Shown piece after piece: positions 61,338-64,000 of a stretch of 64,000 bases of DNA. The stretch lies in NCBI GenBank assembly GCA_016192915.1, contig JACPTF010000007.1, forward strand, positions 38,623-102,622. The letters run 5' to 3'. Made by a program: the position numbers and the translations under genes. Numbering within the stretch: the stretch's first letter is position 1; each line of letters starts with the position of its first letter. Source of the DNA: Candidatus Woesearchaeota archaeon. Lineage in GTDB: Archaea; Nanobdellota; Nanobdellia; Woesearchaeales; UBA10216. The notes beneath the pieces were generated by a model that was not told the origin of the DNA, did no database searches, and saw nothing but the letters and a program-made list of their open reading frames with translations.

Positions 61338-64000
61338 TCAATAATCCAGGAATATCTCCACATTCTGCCCTTTTATTCTGGCGACTGCTTCGCTGCCAAA
61401 CGTTCCCTGCTGAGGCCTTGTTTCGGCTACGTCAAGCTTGAAAGCGCCAACCTTTGACTTTACTTCAGCAGCGCTTTCCACCAGAGCGCTTTTCAGCAGC
61501 TGCAGCTGCTCAGGAACAACCACGCTCACTGCAATAACCTGCTCCCTAGTCAGGCCAGCAGTCTTCCTTGCCTGCTGGATGTGCCTTACCAGTTCCCTAA
61601 CGTAGCCCTCTGCCTCCATCTCCTCTGTGGTGTCGGTATCAACATAAAGGCTGCCATACGCCGACTCAGCAACTGCAAAGTTTGCCGGAACTTCCATCTC
61701 TGTTATGAGGTGGTCTTTCGTTATTGAAATCATCTGGCCGTCAATGTCAAGCTTAAAGCTACCGTCCTTCTCAATGTGGCTCAGTATTCCAGAAGTGCCG
61801 TGCATGGCAAGGTTGGCTATTATTTTCGGAGTCAGGCTGCCGAAAACAGGGCCAAGCTTGTTATAATCAGCCTTAACCCTCATCCTGGCTTCCTTGAACT
61901 CATCAGAGAGGGTGAGCTCCTTCACATTGCTCTGCCTCTTGATTATTTCAGCAAGGGCCCTCACAGACTGCTTAGTATTTTCGTCTTTGGTGGCCACTGA
62001 AACCCTCTTAACAGGCCACCTAAGGCCGCGCTGAATCTTGTCCCTTGCAGAAAGAACTGATTCAACTATGCTTCTTGCAACAGCCATCTGGCTTTCAAGA
62101 AGCGAGTCAACAGCCTCCGGCTTGGGCCAGTCGGCAAGGTGAACGCTCACGGGCTCCCAAGTCGCTTTGCTGCGACTGGGCCCAATCGTGTCGGACACGA
62201 TTCGGGTCTCCCTAACGATAAGCTGGTAGATTTCCTCAGTCACGTAAGGAGCAAAAGGAGCCAGCAGCTTAACCAACCGTGAAATCACATAGCGCAGGGT
62301 GTACTGCAGGGCATCGTCAGGCTCAGCTGCCCTCCCCCTAATCAGGCGAATATACCACCTTGAAAAGTCATCCGTGACAAGCCCCTTAAGCTCATGCACG
62401 CAGACATGGTACTCATGCTGGGACAATGCACGGTCAACAGCGGCAGCAACCGAATTGGTTCGGGAGATAATCCACTTGTCTTCTATTTTAAGCGAAGCGT
62501 CCTTCACTACTGCCTGCTTGCTGATGACTTCAGAAGCGAAATAGCAGCTGTTCCACAGGGTAGTAAGGAATGGCAGAACATTCTCGCTGACAATGTTGTA
62601 GCTAAAGCGCTTTGCAGCTTCAGGCGAGGTGCTGCAGAACTGAAGGCGGACAGCATCAACGCCGACTTTGTCAAAAATCTCCCACGGATTCAGGACATTG
62701 CCCTTGCTCTTGCTCATCTTGTCTCCGTGCTCATCCACAACATGGCCTGCGCAGACAACGCTCTTGTAAGCAAAATCATCAAAAAGTAGTGTCCCTAGGA
62801 CGTGCAAGGTGTAGAACCAGCCACGAGTCTGGTCAATGGCCTCTGCTATGAAATCGTATGGGAAATGTTTTGCAAATAATTCGCTGCTGCCTTTGCCAAA
62901 CGGGTAGTGGAACTGCGCAAAGGCTGCAGCGCCTGAATCATACCAGCAGTCGATAACGTACGGCACTCTGGACATTGTTCCATTGCAGCTGCCGCATTTC
63001 AGCTTTACTTCGTCAATAAAAGGCTTGTGAAGGTCAATTTCAACGTTTTTAGGCAAATCAGCGGCTTTTTCTTTCAGCTCCTTAACGCTGCCAATTGCCA
63101 CTTCGCCCCTACAGCCGCCGTTGTCGAGGGTTGATAAGGGCGCAGCAGTGCCCTTATTGTCGCACCTCCAAATCGGCAGGGGAGTCCCCCAGAACTTGTT
63201 CCTGCTCAGGGCCCAGTCCTTGACGTTTGCGAGCCAGTCGCCAAACCGGCCGTGCTTAATGTGCTCGGGGAACCAGGCAATTTTTTCATTAAGCTCAAGC
63301 AAGCGCTCCTTATACCTGCTGACAGCAATAAACCATGACTTAAGCGCGTAATAAATAAGCGGGCTCGAGCATCGCCAGCAAAAAGGATAGGTGTGTGTGT
63401 AGTCCTTTTTGCTGAACAAAGCACCGTCCTTTTCAAGGCGCTCAATAATCATGGGATCAGCATCCTTGACAAAAATGCCGGCATAGTCCTCAACGTCCTT
63501 GGTGAATTTCCCGTCTTCGCCAACAGGCTGGATAAAAGGCAGGCCATGCTTCTTGCAGTTCTCGTAATCCTCCTCGCCAAATGCCGGAGCTTGATGAACA
63601 ATACCGGTGCCTTCCTCTGTTGTAACAAAATCGGCCAAAGTGACAAACCACGCTGGCCTGTCAAGCTTGCCAACAAAGCAGTCAAACAAGGGCACATACT
63701 CCTTTCCCAGAAGCTCGCTGCCAGCCATCTTTTGCACAATGACCGGGTTGGTGAAATATTTTGCTGCCAAATCGTTGGCAAGGATAAACTGCTTGCCAGG
63801 ATATGCGCTGTCCTCAACAATAGCATAAGTTATGCCAGGGTGAACAGCAAGCGCAACATTGCCTGGAATAGTCCAGGGAGTGGTTGTCCACGCCAGAAAA
63901 AACCTGCCCGGGTTTTCCTTAAGCTGGAACGCAGTCGTTATGGCAGGCTCAGCTATCTCATCATAGCCCAAAGCAACCTCGTGGCTGCTTAGCGGAGTCT
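61338..64000 (-). CDS. ileS: isoleucyl-tRNA synthetase (N-terminus beyond window end)
   Basis: KMSKSKGNV, CP1 editing region, conserved SVHLADWP. The ORF stays open to the window edge. Confidence 0.95.
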   Translation of the reverse strand, partial: TPLSSHEVALGYDEIAEPAITTAFQLKENPGRFFLAWTTTPWTIPGNVALAVHPGITYAIVEDSAYPGKQFILANDLAAKYFTNPVIVQKMAGSELLGKEYVPLFDCFVGKLDRPAWFVTLADFVTTEEGTGIVHQAPAFGEEDYENCKKHGLPFIQPVGEDGKFTKDVEDYAGIFVKDADPMIIERLEKDGALFSKKDYTHTYPFCWRCSSPLIYYALKSWFIAVSRYKERLLELNEKIAWFPEHIKHGRFGDWLANVKDWALSRNKFWGTPLPIWRCDNKGTAAPLSTLDNGGCRGEVAIGSVKELKEKAADLPKNVEIDLHKPFIDEVKLKCGSCNGTMSRVPYVIDCWYDSGAAAFAQFHYPFGKGSSELFAKHFPYDFIAEAIDQTRGWFYTLHVLGTLLFDDFAYKSVVCAGHVVDEHGDKMSKSKGNVLNPWEIFDKVGVDAVRLQFCSTSPEAAKRFSYNIVSENVLPFLTTLWNSCYFASEVISKQAVVKDASLKIEDKWIISRTNSVAAAVDRALSQHEYHVCVHELKGLVTDDFSRWYIRLIRGRAAEPDDALQYTLRYVISRLVKLLAPFAPYVTEEIYQLIVRETRIVSDTIGPSRSKATWEPVSVHLADWPKPEAVDSLLESQMAVARSIVESVLSARDKIQRGLRWPVKRVSVATKDENTKQSVRALAEIIKRQSNVKELTLSDEFKEARMRVKADYNKLGPVFGSLTPKIIANLAMHGTSGILSHIEKDGSFKLDIDGQMISITKDHLITEMEVPANFAVAESAYGSLYVDTDTTEEMEAEGYVRELVRHIQQARKTAGLTREQVIAVSVVVPEQLQLLKSALVESAAEVKSKVGAFKLDVAETRPQQGTFGSEAVARIKGQNVEIFLDY
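62156..62206 (-). repeat. twin-hairpin element copy G (51 nt) inside the ileS reading frame
   Basis: Sense strand: CCCGAATCGtgtccgacaCGATTGGG CCCAGTCGcagcaaagCGACTTGGG. Translated in frame across RIVSDTIGPSRSKATW. Confidence 0.85.

Noticed and set aside
62100-62260. Canonical bulge-helix-bulge motif flanking the ileS twin-hairpin
   Set aside because: By eye the element ends pair with each other (8 of 9 bp) or fold into two hairpins. I could not draw 3-nt bulges separated by a 4-bp helix at the borders. Splicing therefore remains only a hypothesis.

Overview
Archaeal chromosomal segment. Evidence for this: a group II chaperonin (thermosome), archaeal-type GluRS, deoxyhypusine synthase, TTTAAATA-type TATA boxes about 30 nt upstream of many start codons, and intron-bearing tRNA genes without encoded CCA. 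The gene content and many small orphan genes suggest a small-genome (DPANN-like) lineage, but that placement is a guess. About 75 CDS are supported. Housekeeping genes: thermosome, GluRS, ThrRS, partial IleRS, cyclophilin, Rieske ferredoxin, HIT, GT4, EamA, GGPP synthase, cis-prenyltransferase, Rpe, and a deoxyhypusine synthase / SpeH-like decarboxylase / agmatinase cluster. Accessory genes: three PIN-antitoxin pairs, a wHTH+NTase pair, nucleotidyltransferase-domain proteins, surface and lipoproteins, and several orphan operons. Positions 1-7400 are a visibly AT-rich accessory island. The most unusual content is RNA-level. There are eight tRNA genes. Six appear to be split by 1-3 introns, four of them at a T-loop 59/60-like site. 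Ala has three non-canonical introns, and Leu has two flanking the anticodon. One class-II, Ser-like tRNA carries anticodon CUC. The introns, leaders and trailers share modular hairpins. The clearest is a ~51-nt twin-hairpin element (CCCAAATCG..CGATTGGG CCCAGTCG..CGACTTGGG). It occurs at least 8 times: inside two tRNA introns, in tRNA flanks, free in intergenic DNA, nested inside other hairpins, and once in frame inside the ileS coding sequence. All structure calls were made by eye and need tRNAscan-SE/Infernal and RNA-seq confirmation.
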